From NCBI GenBank assembly GCA_017414435.1, contig JAFQMN010000004.1, positions 10,375 to 74,374 of the forward strand: 64,000 bases of DNA, in the 5' to 3' direction. Positions 54,348-64,000 of the stretch are shown here, piece after piece. The position numbers and the translations under genes are program-made. Every line of letters starts with the position of its first letter. The stretch's first letter is position 1. This DNA comes from Oscillospiraceae bacterium. GTDB taxonomy: Bacteria; Bacillota; Clostridia; Oscillospirales; Ruminococcaceae. The notes beneath the pieces are model-generated. The model did not search any database, was not told the origin of the DNA, and saw nothing but the letters and a program-made list of their open reading frames with translations.

Positions 54348-55544
54348 TCAAATTTTTGAATTTACTTTTCTTAGCCTTGCTCTAATTACACTTGTACTAA
54401 CTAAAGCAATCATGCAAACCGCAATAAACACCGGCATAATCCACACATTATTATCTTCATCTGCTATCATAACATCAATCCATAACGAATCAATCAATTC
54501 ATTAATTTCTTTTGAATTGTATACATAGCATTCCGTTTTGTTAAGTACATCTTGTTCTGGATAAGCAATCTTATTATTTTTAATTCCTTCCGGCAACATT
54601 GCATAAGCTAATTCATTAGGTGTGGAATAGCCACTATATAGCGCATTGTTTAATGCAATTTTAGGATCACATAAAAAATTTATATAAAGTTCTGCCCATT
54701 CTTTTTTTTCTGAGTTTGCAGGAACACAAGCTGCATCCACAAAACGGTTTGTTCCATTAAATGGAATTACAAAATCTAGATCTGGATTGTTTTTCATCAT
54801 AACCAAAGCATCTCCAGAATAATATGGCGCTATCGCCGCTTCTTCGGATTGCATTTTGTCAAATATTTCATCCATAACATATGCCTGAACTAGTTTTTTT
54901 TGCTTTCTTAACTCCTCCGCTGCATTTAAAATATCGGCTTTGCTTTTTGTATTAAATGAAATCCCGAGCTTTTTTTGCGCAATTCCAAATGAATCTCTAG
55001 AGTTCATAAACATTAAAATGTTTTTAGCTAAATCTTCATCCCAAAGGGCATCAAATCCTTTTATAGGTTTTTGCACCAAATTTTTATTGTAAATAATTCC
55101 CACAACACCCCATAAATATGGCACACTATATAAGTTTTTAGGGTCATATTCAAGATGTTTAAAATTTGCAAATATATTTTTAAAGTTCGGTATATTTTCA
55201 AAATTCAACTCTGCTAAAAACTTTTCAGAAATCATTCTTGAAATCATATAATCCGAAGGAAATATCACATCATAAACTACATTGCTGCTTTTTAACTTAG
55301 CATACATTTCCTCGTTAGATGAAAATGTTGAATAGTTTACGTGGATTCCTGTTGCCTTTTCGAACTCTAAATTAACGTTAAGCAAACCATCAGAACCGTT
55401 AGACATAAACTCGCCCCAGTTGTAAACATTAATATATTTTCTATGCATACCAACTTGGCTATCCGCAGCTGCTCTAACCTGAGTAAAACAATATGAATTT
55501 AAAACTAACAGACTCAGAATAATTAAACAGGCCTTTTTTATCAC
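54348..55544 (-). CDS. potD: Spermidine/putrescine ABC transporter substrate-binding protein with an extra C-terminal TM helix
   Basis: PotD-like length and pattern (NVYNWGEF..., FPSDYM, VPY.WG) in a potABCD operon. The C-terminal WIMPVFIAVCMIALVSTSVIRARLRK is hydrophobic. Confidence 0.75.
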   Translation of the reverse strand: MIKKACLIILSLLVLNSYCFTQVRAAADSQVGMHRKYINVYNWGEFMSNGSDGLLNVNLEFEKATGIHVNYSTFSSNEEMYAKLKSSNVVYDVIFPSDYMISRMISEKFLAELNFENIPNFKNIFANFKHLEYDPKNLYSVPYLWGVVGIIYNKNLVQKPIKGFDALWDEDLAKNILMFMNSRDSFGIAQKKLGISFNTKSKADILNAAEELRKQKKLVQAYVMDEIFDKMQSEEAAIAPYYSGDALVMMKNNPDLDFVIPFNGTNRFVDAACVPANSEKKEWAELYINFLCDPKIALNNALYSGYSTPNELAYAMLPEGIKNNKIAYPEQDVLNKTECYVYNSKEINELIDSLWIDVMIADEDNNVWIMPVFIAVCMIALVSTSVIRARLRKVNSKI

Positions 55545-56353
55545 TTCTCTCCTCCCCTCTTTTTTTTGTTGATTTCTTTATTGTTAACAACCAGAATAAT
55601 TATTAAAGCAATAACAAAAATTATAGTAGAAAGCGCATTTATTTCTGGGCTTACCTTTCTGCGCGTCATAGCAAAAATTGCAAGTGGCAACGTTTGCGAT
55701 GTGGGACCGCTGTTAAAATAGCTAATTACAAAATCATCCAGCGAAAATGCTATAGACATTAAAAACCCAGAAATGATCCCCGGATAAATTTCAGGCAAAA
55801 TCACCTTAAAAAACACCCCGGTAGAATTGCAGCCTAAATCCATTGCAGCATAACATAAATGCCTGTCCATCTGTTCCAACTTAGGCATTACATTAAATAT
55901 AACATAAGGTACATTAAAAGCAATATGTGCTATAATCAAAGTTGCAAATCCCATCTTAAGTTTTAAAAATGTAAACAAAAGCATTAAAGAAACTCCTGTT
56001 ACAATTTCTGGATTCATAATAGGTAATGATGTTAGAGTCATCAATGCTCGTTTCCATCTGCGCTTTAAAAAGTGTATGCCCACAGCCGAAACCGTTCCAA
56101 TAACTGTGGCAATTGCCGATGCTGAACTTGCTACAATTAAAGTGTTCAAAACCGAACGCAAAATCTCTCGATTATGTAATAACTTATTATACCACGTTAA
56201 AGTAAATCTTGTCCATACTGATCTGCTTTTTGATTCATTAAAAGAAAAAACAATTAATACAAATAGTGGAGCGTACATAAAAAGTAAAAATAAAACCACA
56301 TATAATTTTGAGATAAACTTTAGTTTTATTTTGTGATTCTTTTGCACCTTCAC
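55541..56353 (-). CDS. potC: Spermidine/putrescine ABC transporter permease
   Basis: 270 aa, 6 TM, EAA-like loop (AAMDLGC....FFKVILP). 4-nt overlaps with both neighbours. Confidence 0.8.
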   Translation of the reverse strand: MKVQKNHKIKLKFISKLYVVLFLLFMYAPLFVLIVFSFNESKSRSVWTRFTLTWYNKLLHNREILRSVLNTLIVASSASAIATVIGTVSAVGIHFLKRRWKRALMTLTSLPIMNPEIVTGVSLMLLFTFLKLKMGFATLIIAHIAFNVPYVIFNVMPKLEQMDRHLCYAAMDLGCNSTGVFFKVILPEIYPGIISGFLMSIAFSLDDFVISYFNSGPTSQTLPLAIFAMTRRKVSPEINALSTIIFVIALIIILVVNNKEINKKKRGGEK

Positions 56354-57165
56354 ACCAACTTTCCTTCCATATCCTCACATTCAAATTGGTTCATCACACT
56401 CATACAAAGTAAAATTAAAACCATCAGCACTAACGAGATTGCTGCTCCTAAATGTGGATTATATGAATTCCCTAAAAATTGCATATCAATTAAATCACCA
56501 ATCAGTAAATTCCCGCCACCACCTAACATTCTAGAAATAATAAATGTACTAACTGCTGGCACAAAAACCATGGTAACCCCACTAACCACACCCGGCATTG
56601 TGAGTGGAATGATTATTTTTGTAAAGATAGAAAACCCGCTCGATCCTAAATCTTGAGCTGCTTCAATAACACTAGGCTCAATTTTTTTCATTACAGAAAC
56701 AAGTGGTAGTACCATAAACGGTAGATAATTATAAATCATGCCAATTACTACTGCAATTTTAGTATTAATAATATTAACTGGTGAAAAATTTAAATAAACC
56801 AATAACTTATTTAAAAGCCCATTTTTTTCAAGTATAGTCATCCATGCATAAGTACGTAATAAAAAGTTCATCCACATAGGCAACATAACAATCATCATTG
56901 CAATCTTGCCGGTTCTACCACCTATTCTAGATATAATATACGAAAAAGGATAAGCAATAATTAAAGAGATAAAAGTTGCAATACTTGCTAGCAAAATAGA
57001 TTTAACAATAACAGAGAAATAGCGCCCTACATTAGATATATTTAAAATGGTAAATTTGCCGGAAGGTGTTGTTATTGCAAAAAAAATAACAATTAGTAAA
57101 GGAACAACTGTAAACATACAAACCCAAGAAATATATGGCAAAGAAAGCATTCTTAATTTTTTCAT
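56350..57165 (-). CDS. potB: Spermidine/putrescine ABC transporter permease
   Basis: 271 aa, 6 TM, EAA loop (EAAQDLGSSGFSIFTKIIIPL). Confidence 0.8.
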   Translation of the reverse strand: MKKLRMLSLPYISWVCMFTVVPLLIVIFFAITTPSGKFTILNISNVGRYFSVIVKSILLASIATFISLIIAYPFSYIISRIGGRTGKIAMMIVMLPMWMNFLLRTYAWMTILEKNGLLNKLLVYLNFSPVNIINTKIAVVIGMIYNYLPFMVLPLVSVMKKIEPSVIEAAQDLGSSGFSIFTKIIIPLTMPGVVSGVTMVFVPAVSTFIISRMLGGGGNLLIGDLIDMQFLGNSYNPHLGAAISLVLMVLILLCMSVMNQFECEDMEGKLV

Positions 57166-57166
57166 A

Positions 57167-58213
57167 TTAAATCTCCATTTTTTTCATAATATGAATATCA
57201 TTTGGATCAATATCTATTCCCACCAAAGAACCTACATTTTTCGGCAACGTTGAATGCACAGTCCAGCTATACCCCGCCGAGTCTACTTTCATTTCATAGT
57301 GCACTCCTTTAAAAATAATACTTTCTACCACTCCCTCTAGCCTTCCGTTTCCTGCTTCTAAAAGCTTCACATCTTCTGGTCTAATAACTACATCCACTTC
57401 CTCATTACAAGCAAAACCTTTATCTACACAAATAAAATCATGGCCTAAAAAGCCTACCATATAATCTTTATACATAATGCCATTAATAATGTTGCTCTCA
57501 CCAATAAAATCTGCAACAAAGGCATTTTGCGGCTCATTATATATATCTATCGGTGATCCAATCTGCTGAATTTGCCCGTTGTTCATTACTACCACCACAT
57601 CAGACATAGTAAGTGCTTCTTCTTGATCATGAGTTACATACACAAATGTAATTTCTAGTTGCTGTTGAATATTCTTAAGCTCTGTTTGCATCTCTTTTCG
57701 CAGCTTTAGGTCAAGCGCTCCAAGTGGTTCATCTAGTAGTAAAACTTTAGGTCTATTAACCAAAGCTCTTGCAATTGCCACCCGTTGTTGTTGCCCTCCA
57801 GAAAGCCTTTCTATGCCACGTTTTTCAAAGCCCTTTAAATTCACTAACTCTAGCATTGCAGCAACATTACGTTCTATTTCTTTTTTAGAAAATTTGCGAA
57901 TTTTAAGACCAAAAGCTATATTTTCAAATACATTAAGATGAGGAAATAGTGCATATTTTTGAAATACAGTATTAACTTTTCTTTTATATGGTGGTAAATC
58001 AGTTATATCTAAACTATTAAAAAATAATTTGCCAGATGTAGGCTTTTCAAAACCACCGATAATTCTTAGAGTAGTTGTTTTTCCGCAACCAGATGGTCCC
58101 AGCAAAGTTACAAATGATTTATCATATATACGCAAATTTATTTTGTTTAAAATTAATTCGTCATCAAATTCCGCGCAAATGTCAAAAAGCCTTAAAATTA
58201 CATTATTTTTCAC
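57167..58213 (-). CDS. potA: Spermidine/putrescine ABC transporter ATP-binding protein
   Basis: Walker [10 protein letters not shown], signature [10 protein letters not shown], Walker B LLLDEP, and a TOBE-like C-terminal domain. Confidence 0.9.
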   Translation of the reverse strand: MKNNVILRLFDICAEFDDELILNKINLRIYDKSFVTLLGPSGCGKTTTLRIIGGFEKPTSGKLFFNSLDITDLPPYKRKVNTVFQKYALFPHLNVFENIAFGLKIRKFSKKEIERNVAAMLELVNLKGFEKRGIERLSGGQQQRVAIARALVNRPKVLLLDEPLGALDLKLRKEMQTELKNIQQQLEITFVYVTHDQEEALTMSDVVVVMNNGQIQQIGSPIDIYNEPQNAFVADFIGESNIINGIMYKDYMVGFLGHDFICVDKGFACNEEVDVVIRPEDVKLLEAGNGRLEGVVESIIFKGVHYEMKVDSAGYSWTVHSTLPKNVGSLVGIDIDPNDIHIMKKMEI

Positions 58214-58307
58214 TCAATCAATTCTCCCTTAAAAACAATAAAAAATCAGCTATAATTTTAACAGTTTTTTAGAAAAATATCAAGCTTTTTTCTGCTACAT
58301 ATAATTA

Positions 58308-59315
58308 TCATTTTATTGCAACAGAAATCACTCCTAATACACAACCAACAAACTGGGTTATCATCATCATAATATTAATCTGCACTTCAGAATAGCCACT
58401 TAATTCAAAGTGGTGATGTATGGGGCTCATTTTAAAAATTCGTTTCTTAGTAAAGTGGAAATATGTCATTTGAATAATAACCGATAGAGTCTCTAGCACA
58501 TAAACAATCCCAAAAAATGCAAGAGCCACCTGTAAATTTAAAGAAAAAGCAATTGCAACTAGCATGCCTCCTAAAAATAACGCACCAACATCACCCATCA
58601 TTACCATGGCAGGATAAAAGTTCCAAAATAAAAATCCAATGCATCCACCTGCTAAACTAATAGCCAAAACTGAGCCTAGCCAGTTCCCTAACATCATGGC
58701 ACAGGCCAAAAACCCCAAGGCAGAAACACACGTTACACCAGAAGCTAATCCATCTAAGCCATCTGTAATATTAACCGCATTAACACAGCCTAAAATAATG
58801 AATAAATAAACTGGGTAAATAACCCAACCAATATCAATCTGCCCACAGAATGGCAACCATAAAATTCCACTGTAGCCATTTAAAAAGCTAATTTGCAATA
58901 TATAAGCAATGGCAACTAAAAATTGTAACCCAAACTTTTCACGTGCCCTTAAGCCTAAATTTTGTTTCTTAATCACCTTAATATAATCATCCATAAACCC
59001 AATAAGTGCAAACCCTAAAGCCATAAACAAATTTGCAAGCAGCATACTTAAATTAAGAGAATTTGCAGTTTTACCAATTTTAAACTTTAGTAACACAAAG
59101 CCAACAATAGAAGCTGCTAGAATTCCTGCAATCATCATTAAGCCGCCCATTGTAGGTGTGCCAGACTTTTTTTCATGCCAAGTTGGACCAATTTCTTTTG
59201 TTGTCTGTGCACATTTAATTCGTTTTAAAATGGGAATTAACTTTGCTCCCATAAAATATGTTATAAATAACGCTGCAAAAAAACTAATCAACAAAATTAT
59301 TTTGCACATATACAT
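58308..59315 (-). CDS. mraY: Phospho-N-acetylmuramoyl-pentapeptide transferase
   Basis: KSGTPTMGG, GF.DDY.KV, NAVN.TDGLDGLA, and HHHFE motifs. 10 TM. Confidence 0.95.
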   Translation of the reverse strand: MYMCKIILLISFFAALFITYFMGAKLIPILKRIKCAQTTKEIGPTWHEKKSGTPTMGGLMMIAGILAASIVGFVLLKFKIGKTANSLNLSMLLANLFMALGFALIGFMDDYIKVIKKQNLGLRAREKFGLQFLVAIAYILQISFLNGYSGILWLPFCGQIDIGWVIYPVYLFIILGCVNAVNITDGLDGLASGVTCVSALGFLACAMMLGNWLGSVLAISLAGGCIGFLFWNFYPAMVMMGDVGALFLGGMLVAIAFSLNLQVALAFFGIVYVLETLSVIIQMTYFHFTKKRIFKMSPIHHHFELSGYSEVQINIMMMITQFVGCVLGVISVAIK

Positions 59316-59392
59316 ATAAACCCCATCCTTTATCGCTTTTTTAATAAAATTAAATTTCCTCTTAAAAAAACAGCTCTTTTTATAAAAAAATA

Positions 59393-60769
59393 CTATTTCA
59401 AAATAACTTCATCTGCCACTTCTTCAAGCTTCATATTTCTGCTGCCTTTAATCCATACCACAGAACCAGGTTGTGCTACTTCTTTTAACTTTTTTATTAA
59501 GTCTGCCTTTGTATCAAACCACATTGCTGTATTAATTCCCACTTTTTGTGCTGCCTGAACTGTTAATTTGGATTTATTTCCTACACAAAGTAAAAAATCT
59601 ACATTCATTTTGGCCATAAACTCGCCTATTTCTTTATGTGCTGAATCAGATATGCTTCCTAATTCGTTCATATCTGCAAAAACAAATATCTTGTTACAAT
59701 CTTTTGTTGTTGCACACAAAGTCTGCACAGCTGCCTTCACGGAATCTGGGTTTGCATTATAATAATCAAGAATATATGTAATTCCGTCTTTTTTTACCAA
59801 TTTTTGTCGTGCTCCAGACGATACATAGTTTTTAAATCCATTTATAATCTGCTCATCTGTCATTTTTAACTCTTTGCCCACACAATAAGCCGCTAAAGCA
59901 TTGCTCACGTTGTGTTCGCCTAAAGCCGGCAAAAAAGCCTTGGTTTTTGCTAGCTTTGTATTAATATAAAATTCTGTTCCAGCTAATTTATTGAATTCAA
60001 TCTCAGAACCCCAAACATCTGCATATTCATTTCTAATTCCATAAAACATAACTTTAAATTCCGCAGATTTTACATTTTTTAAGCATTCATCATCTGCATT
60101 TAAAACAAGTAACCCATTTGGCTTTAACCCCTTTGTGATTTCCATTTTGGCTTTAAATATATTTTCTCTTGTTTTTAAACTTTCTATATGAGTTACACCA
60201 ATTCTAGTTATAACTGCAATATCCGGTTCCACCCCACAAGAGAGCAATTCAATTTCACCCAAATTACACATACCCATCTCAATTACTGCAATTTCATCTT
60301 TATAGCCCGCACTCAGCATTGTTGAAAATACTCCAATTTCATTATTCAAATTTTCTGGAGTTTTTATAACTTTATACCGCTCACTTAACACACAAGCAAT
60401 CATATCTTTCGTACTGGTCTTCCCCACACTTCCTGTAACTCCAACTACAGTGATTTTTAACATATTACGATAATAACTTGCAATCTGCATCAACGTTTTG
60501 GCCATATCTTTAGTTTTAAGAACTAATATATTCCCAACATCTTCTTTAAAGTTCGAATCTACAAGTACAGCTTTAGCGCCTTTTTCTATTGCTGCTTTAA
60601 CAAAATCATGGCCATCAAAATTTTGACCCTTAAGTGCCACAAAAAGGCTGCCATAAACGTCTTTTCTCGTATCTGTACAAATGTTGTCAATAAACTCTTC
60701 GCTTTGCACTTCTCTATTTGCTTCAACATCAAGTGTCTTAACTAACTCCTTTAAATACATTCTTTCCAT
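59393..60769 (-). CDS. murF: UDP-N-acetylmuramoyl-tripeptide--D-alanyl-D-alanine ligase
   Basis: DTRKDVYGSLFVALKGQNFDGHDF, P-loop GVTGSVGKTSTK, and DYYNANP. Confidence 0.9.
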   Translation of the reverse strand: MERMYLKELVKTLDVEANREVQSEEFIDNICTDTRKDVYGSLFVALKGQNFDGHDFVKAAIEKGAKAVLVDSNFKEDVGNILVLKTKDMAKTLMQIASYYRNMLKITVVGVTGSVGKTSTKDMIACVLSERYKVIKTPENLNNEIGVFSTMLSAGYKDEIAVIEMGMCNLGEIELLSCGVEPDIAVITRIGVTHIESLKTRENIFKAKMEITKGLKPNGLLVLNADDECLKNVKSAEFKVMFYGIRNEYADVWGSEIEFNKLAGTEFYINTKLAKTKAFLPALGEHNVSNALAAYCVGKELKMTDEQIINGFKNYVSSGARQKLVKKDGITYILDYYNANPDSVKAAVQTLCATTKDCNKIFVFADMNELGSISDSAHKEIGEFMAKMNVDFLLCVGNKSKLTVQAAQKVGINTAMWFDTKADLIKKLKEVAQPGSVVWIKGSRNMKLEEVADEVILK

Positions 60770-60792
60770 ATCTTTACCTTCTTTAACAAAGT

Positions 60793-62238
60793 TTATATAC
60801 GTTTATTAAAAAAATCCAACACAATTTTTCTCTCATCAAAAAGTACTGTGCATTCACGCAAAACTTGATAATTTTCATGCCCTTTTCCTGCTAATAGAAT
60901 AATATCTTTCTGCTTTCTGTTCTGCAATACCCAATTAATAGCTTCCATTCTATCACTAAATACTCTATATGGCGTATTGCATACTTCTAGCCCCTTTTCT
61001 GCATCTAATAAAATTTGTTCTTCTGGTTCCTCACGAGGATTATCTGATGTTAACACCACAAAATCTGCAAGTTCTGCCGCAATCTTGCCCATTTCTGCAC
61101 GCTTAGTCCTGTCACGTTCCCCTGCACAGCCAAACAATAATACCAATCGGCCTTTTTTAAAAGCTTTAATTGTTTTTAAAATATTTTCTAGACTATCTGG
61201 ACTATGTGCGTAGTCCCGCATAACCACTACATCGCTATCTTTATAAATTATTTCAGATCGCCCTGCAATGTTTTCACAAGCCTTTAACGCCTCAGTTACT
61301 TGCTTTGGTTCAAAACCTAGTTTTACTGCGGCCCCCCAGGCAACAGCCGCATTGTATACCGAAAATTCCCCAGGCATGTTAAAGCAGCAAAAATGAGATG
61401 TATTGTTAAATATAATCTTAAATTCACTTCTAGTTTCAAACAGATCAATATCTTTAACAAAAATATCTGCCTCTGCATTTTTACAACTCACCGAAAATAT
61501 ATTACGTTCTTTTAGTCTTTCCTCTGTATAAATTCTCGTTCCAAATGGATCATCAATATTAACAACTGCCTGTGTAGACATTTTAAACAAACGCTTCTTT
61601 GCCTTAAAATAATTTTCCATAGTTTTATGAAAATCTAAATGATCTTGTGTTAAATTAGTAAAAGCACCAACTTCAAATGTCATTCCAAAAAGCCTTTGCT
61701 GTTCCAGTGCATGAGAAGAAGCCTCTAGCACAATATATTCACAGCCAAAATTCTTCATTGCTGCTAATATTGAATTCAATTCAAACGGCTCTGGTGTAGT
61801 ATATTTTGCAGGTATTTTTATACTTCCAATTTCATTATAAATTGTTCCAATAAGACCTACTGGTTTTTTTGTTAAGCTTTCTAACATTCTTTTAATTAAA
61901 TTTGTAACTGTTGTTTTACCATTTGTCCCTGTAACTGCAACTAACTTTAAACTCTTTGCCGGGTTTTTAAACCACTGTGCACATAATAATGCATAAGCCT
62001 GTTTTGTATCTTCAACTAAAATTTGGCGTTCTGTTAGGCCTAAGTCTTTTTCTGTAATCACAAAAACTGCACCATTTTTTAGCGCCGCTTTTGCATAATC
62101 GTGGCCATCATGATTGGTTCCCTTTATGCAAACAAAAATATCCTTTTCTTTTACATTTTTTTCAAATACTTTTATTCCACAAATCTCGCCAGCTTTTTTT
62201 AATTGTTGCAACTGTGTTAAAACTGTAGCAAATTCCAA
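60793..62238 (-). CDS. murE: UDP-N-acetylmuramoyl-L-alanyl-D-glutamate--2,6-diaminopimelate ligase
   Basis: P-loop VTGTNGKTT, DYAHSPD, and the meso-DAP-specificity motif DNPR (LTSDNPREE). Confidence 0.9.
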   Translation of the reverse strand: MEFATVLTQLQQLKKAGEICGIKVFEKNVKEKDIFVCIKGTNHDGHDYAKAALKNGAVFVITEKDLGLTERQILVEDTKQAYALLCAQWFKNPAKSLKLVAVTGTNGKTTVTNLIKRMLESLTKKPVGLIGTIYNEIGSIKIPAKYTTPEPFELNSILAAMKNFGCEYIVLEASSHALEQQRLFGMTFEVGAFTNLTQDHLDFHKTMENYFKAKKRLFKMSTQAVVNIDDPFGTRIYTEERLKERNIFSVSCKNAEADIFVKDIDLFETRSEFKIIFNNTSHFCCFNMPGEFSVYNAAVAWGAAVKLGFEPKQVTEALKACENIAGRSEIIYKDSDVVVMRDYAHSPDSLENILKTIKAFKKGRLVLLFGCAGERDRTKRAEMGKIAAELADFVVLTSDNPREEPEEQILLDAEKGLEVCNTPYRVFSDRMEAINWVLQNRKQKDIILLAGKGHENYQVLRECTVLFDERKIVLDFFNKRI

Positions 62239-62288
62239 AGATTACTCCTCCTATCTAAGGTAAGTTCAAATCTAACACAAATATCTTA

Positions 62289-64000
62289 TTAATTTATATG
62301 GGTATCAGAACTATATACAAATTCCAGCTTAATAACACTCCCTGGTTTTACTTTACTACCAGCATCTGGCGTTTGCTTTGTGATTATTGCACGTTCTCTA
62401 TTATTTTCATTGTCCTTTGAATCTTGTTCCATATAGTTAAGTCCTATCTCATTTAACCTATCTTTAGCAGATTCCAAGCTCTTACCTACTAAATCCGGTA
62501 CCTCTACTAAACTAACATCCTCATCAAAATCTGTGTATAAAGTCACAATACTTTTTTCTGGCACATAAAATCCTGCTGCTGGCAATTGACCCAAAACCGA
62601 TTCTTTATCGCCAGAAATATTATAACGTAGATTGTTTTCTCTTAATATCTTTTTAGCTTCTTCCACTGTTTTTCCTTCTAAGTTCGGCAAACATACAGAT
62701 TTCACAGATTCTGATGTAATATATGTTGGCTCTATATTCATATATTGATATATATCATCTAAAATTCTCCCCACCACTGGCACAGCAATCACGGAACCCG
62801 AAATCTGCCCAAGTCGTGGCGTATCAAGCAAAACTAAAACGGCAATCTGTGGGTTATCTGTTGGTGCAAAAGCTAAAAATGAAAGTGTATAGTTAACAAC
62901 TTCACCATGCACCTGTTTATCTAATTGTTCTGCTGTTCCTGTTTTGCCACCTCTCTTTTGCCCTTTTCTATAAGCTTGTCTGCCACCAGCTTCCGAAACC
63001 ACCTTCTCGCAACCTTTTGCAATAATTTGCGCAACTTTTTTAGAAATTACTTGCCTTTTAACTACTGTTTCGTTAGAAGATATTACATTGTGATTTTCGT
63101 CAATAATCTGCTTAACAATATGCGGCTTTACTAACTTTCCGCCATTTATTGCTGCAGAAACTGCTGTTATTAACTGAATTGGCGTTGTTTTGAATGTTTG
63201 GCCCATAGAAGAAACTGCTAATGTATGGTCGCTAAAATTTCCTGGATTGTGAAAAATGCATGGTGCTTCCCCTGGCAAATCAATCCCGGTTAGTTCTTTA
63301 AATCCAAATGCTTTAAAGTACTTAATAAAGTTTTCTTGCCCTAATTTTAATCCCATGGTAACAAATGCAGGGTTACACGAATGCACTAGTGCATCCTCAA
63401 AATTAATGTGGCCATGTCCTTCCGGTCTCCAACAATTAATTGATCTATCTCCCACAGTAATATACCCTGGGCAATAAAAATCACTATCTTCTTTTATAAC
63501 ACCTTCTGCAAGCGCTCCTGCAGCGGTAATAATTTTGAACACCGAACCCGGCTCATATGGATCAGATACCGCTTTGTTACGCCATTGTTCTTGTAAAAAT
63601 TTAAGCTCTGTTTGGGCACGTTCTGTTTCATCAGTAATTTTTTCAAGTTCAGCTTTTTTCGTTTCATCAAACACTTTAAAAGGTTCATTTGGGTCATAGT
63701 CCGGCTTTGTAGCCATTGCTAATATTTCGCCATTATTAACATCCATAACAATTCCAACTGCCCTATTTTCTACAGAATGTTCTTTTACCGCATCTTTAAG
63801 GTGCTTTTCTACAATCTCTTGTATGTTTGCATCAATTGTTAGCACTAAATTATTGCCATTTTTTGCATCATACACTTTTTGAGTAGAATTCGGCATATCT
63901 GTGCCCCAAGCATTAGTATCGCCAATAACTTTTCCATCAAACCCTTTTAAATCTTGCTCGTAATAACGTTCCAGCCCTTCTAACCCTTCGCCATCGTTTC
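62289..64000 (-). CDS. Class B penicillin-binding protein (FtsI/SpoVD-like) with two C-terminal PASTA domains; N-terminus lies beyond the window
   Basis: SxxK (GSVFK), SxN (HSCN), and KTG (GKTGTA) motifs, plus two PASTA-like repeats at the C-terminus. The frame stays open upstream of the track ATG (63896) to nt 64000 (...LEGLERYYEQDLKGFDGKVIGDTNAWGTD), so the gene is truncated by the window. Confidence 0.9.
   Translation of the reverse strand, partial: NDGEGLEGLERYYEQDLKGFDGKVIGDTNAWGTDMPNSTQKVYDAKNGNNLVLTIDANIQEIVEKHLKDAVKEHSVENRAVGIVMDVNNGEILAMATKPDYDPNEPFKVFDETKKAELEKITDETERAQTELKFLQEQWRNKAVSDPYEPGSVFKIITAAGALAEGVIKEDSDFYCPGYITVGDRSINCWRPEGHGHINFEDALVHSCNPAFVTMGLKLGQENFIKYFKAFGFKELTGIDLPGEAPCIFHNPGNFSDHTLAVSSMGQTFKTTPIQLITAVSAAINGGKLVKPHIVKQIIDENHNVISSNETVVKRQVISKKVAQIIAKGCEKVVSEAGGRQAYRKGQKRGGKTGTAEQLDKQVHGEVVNYTLSFLAFAPTDNPQIAVLVLLDTPRLGQISGSVIAVPVVGRILDDIYQYMNIEPTYITSESVKSVCLPNLEGKTVEEAKKILRENNLRYNISGDKESVLGQLPAAGFYVPEKSIVTLYTDFDEDVSLVEVPDLVGKSLESAKDRLNEIGLNYMEQDSKDNENNRERAIITKQTPDAGSKVKPGSVIKLEFVYSSDTHIN

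Overview
This is a low-G+C Firmicutes-type, Clostridia-like chromosomal window. Supporting marks are polC, murT/gatD, rny-ymdB, gdpP-rplI-dnaB, PBSX-like phage genes, and TGA used as a stop codon. (1) nt 1-6697, plus strand: the distal end of a PBSX/Xkd-like contractile-tail prophage or tailocin. It has an XkdQ/R/S/T/U-like baseplate series, two repeat-containing fibre proteins, an XkdX-like small ORF, a holin, and an amidase endolysin with a Cpl-7-like repeat. (2) nt 6698-11785: a visibly more AT-rich accessory islet that holds the most interesting feature. A compact minus-strand operon encodes a GNAT acyltransferase, an AMP-dependent acyl ligase, an 83-aa carrier protein, a radical SAM/SPASM maturase, and a 37-aa Cys-rich peptide missing from the ORF track (MDNNLIDFVVSLEDSEVHGAFLSTPCCAIEPGQKKCC). 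I read this as a candidate acylated (lipo-)thioether RiPP pathway. It is preceded by a C9 homopolymer and tandem decamers and flanked by a decayed IS200-type element. (3) nt 11786-15196: a 1136-aa secreted GGAI-repeat surface protein with a T/S/G linker. (4) nt 15780-64000: tightly packed, almost entirely minus-strand housekeeping genes: uvrB, gatD, murT, queH, polC, rnhA, trmL, corA, prs, a CDF transporter, murD, ftsK, a ttcA-like gene, rny, ymdB, tilS, dnaB, rplI, gdpP, an Sfp-type PPTase, hpf, radA, queT, potABCD, mraY, murF, murE and a class B PBP. I saw no rRNA, tRNA or CRISPR array. All family calls come from reading motifs and from memory of the families; no searches were run.
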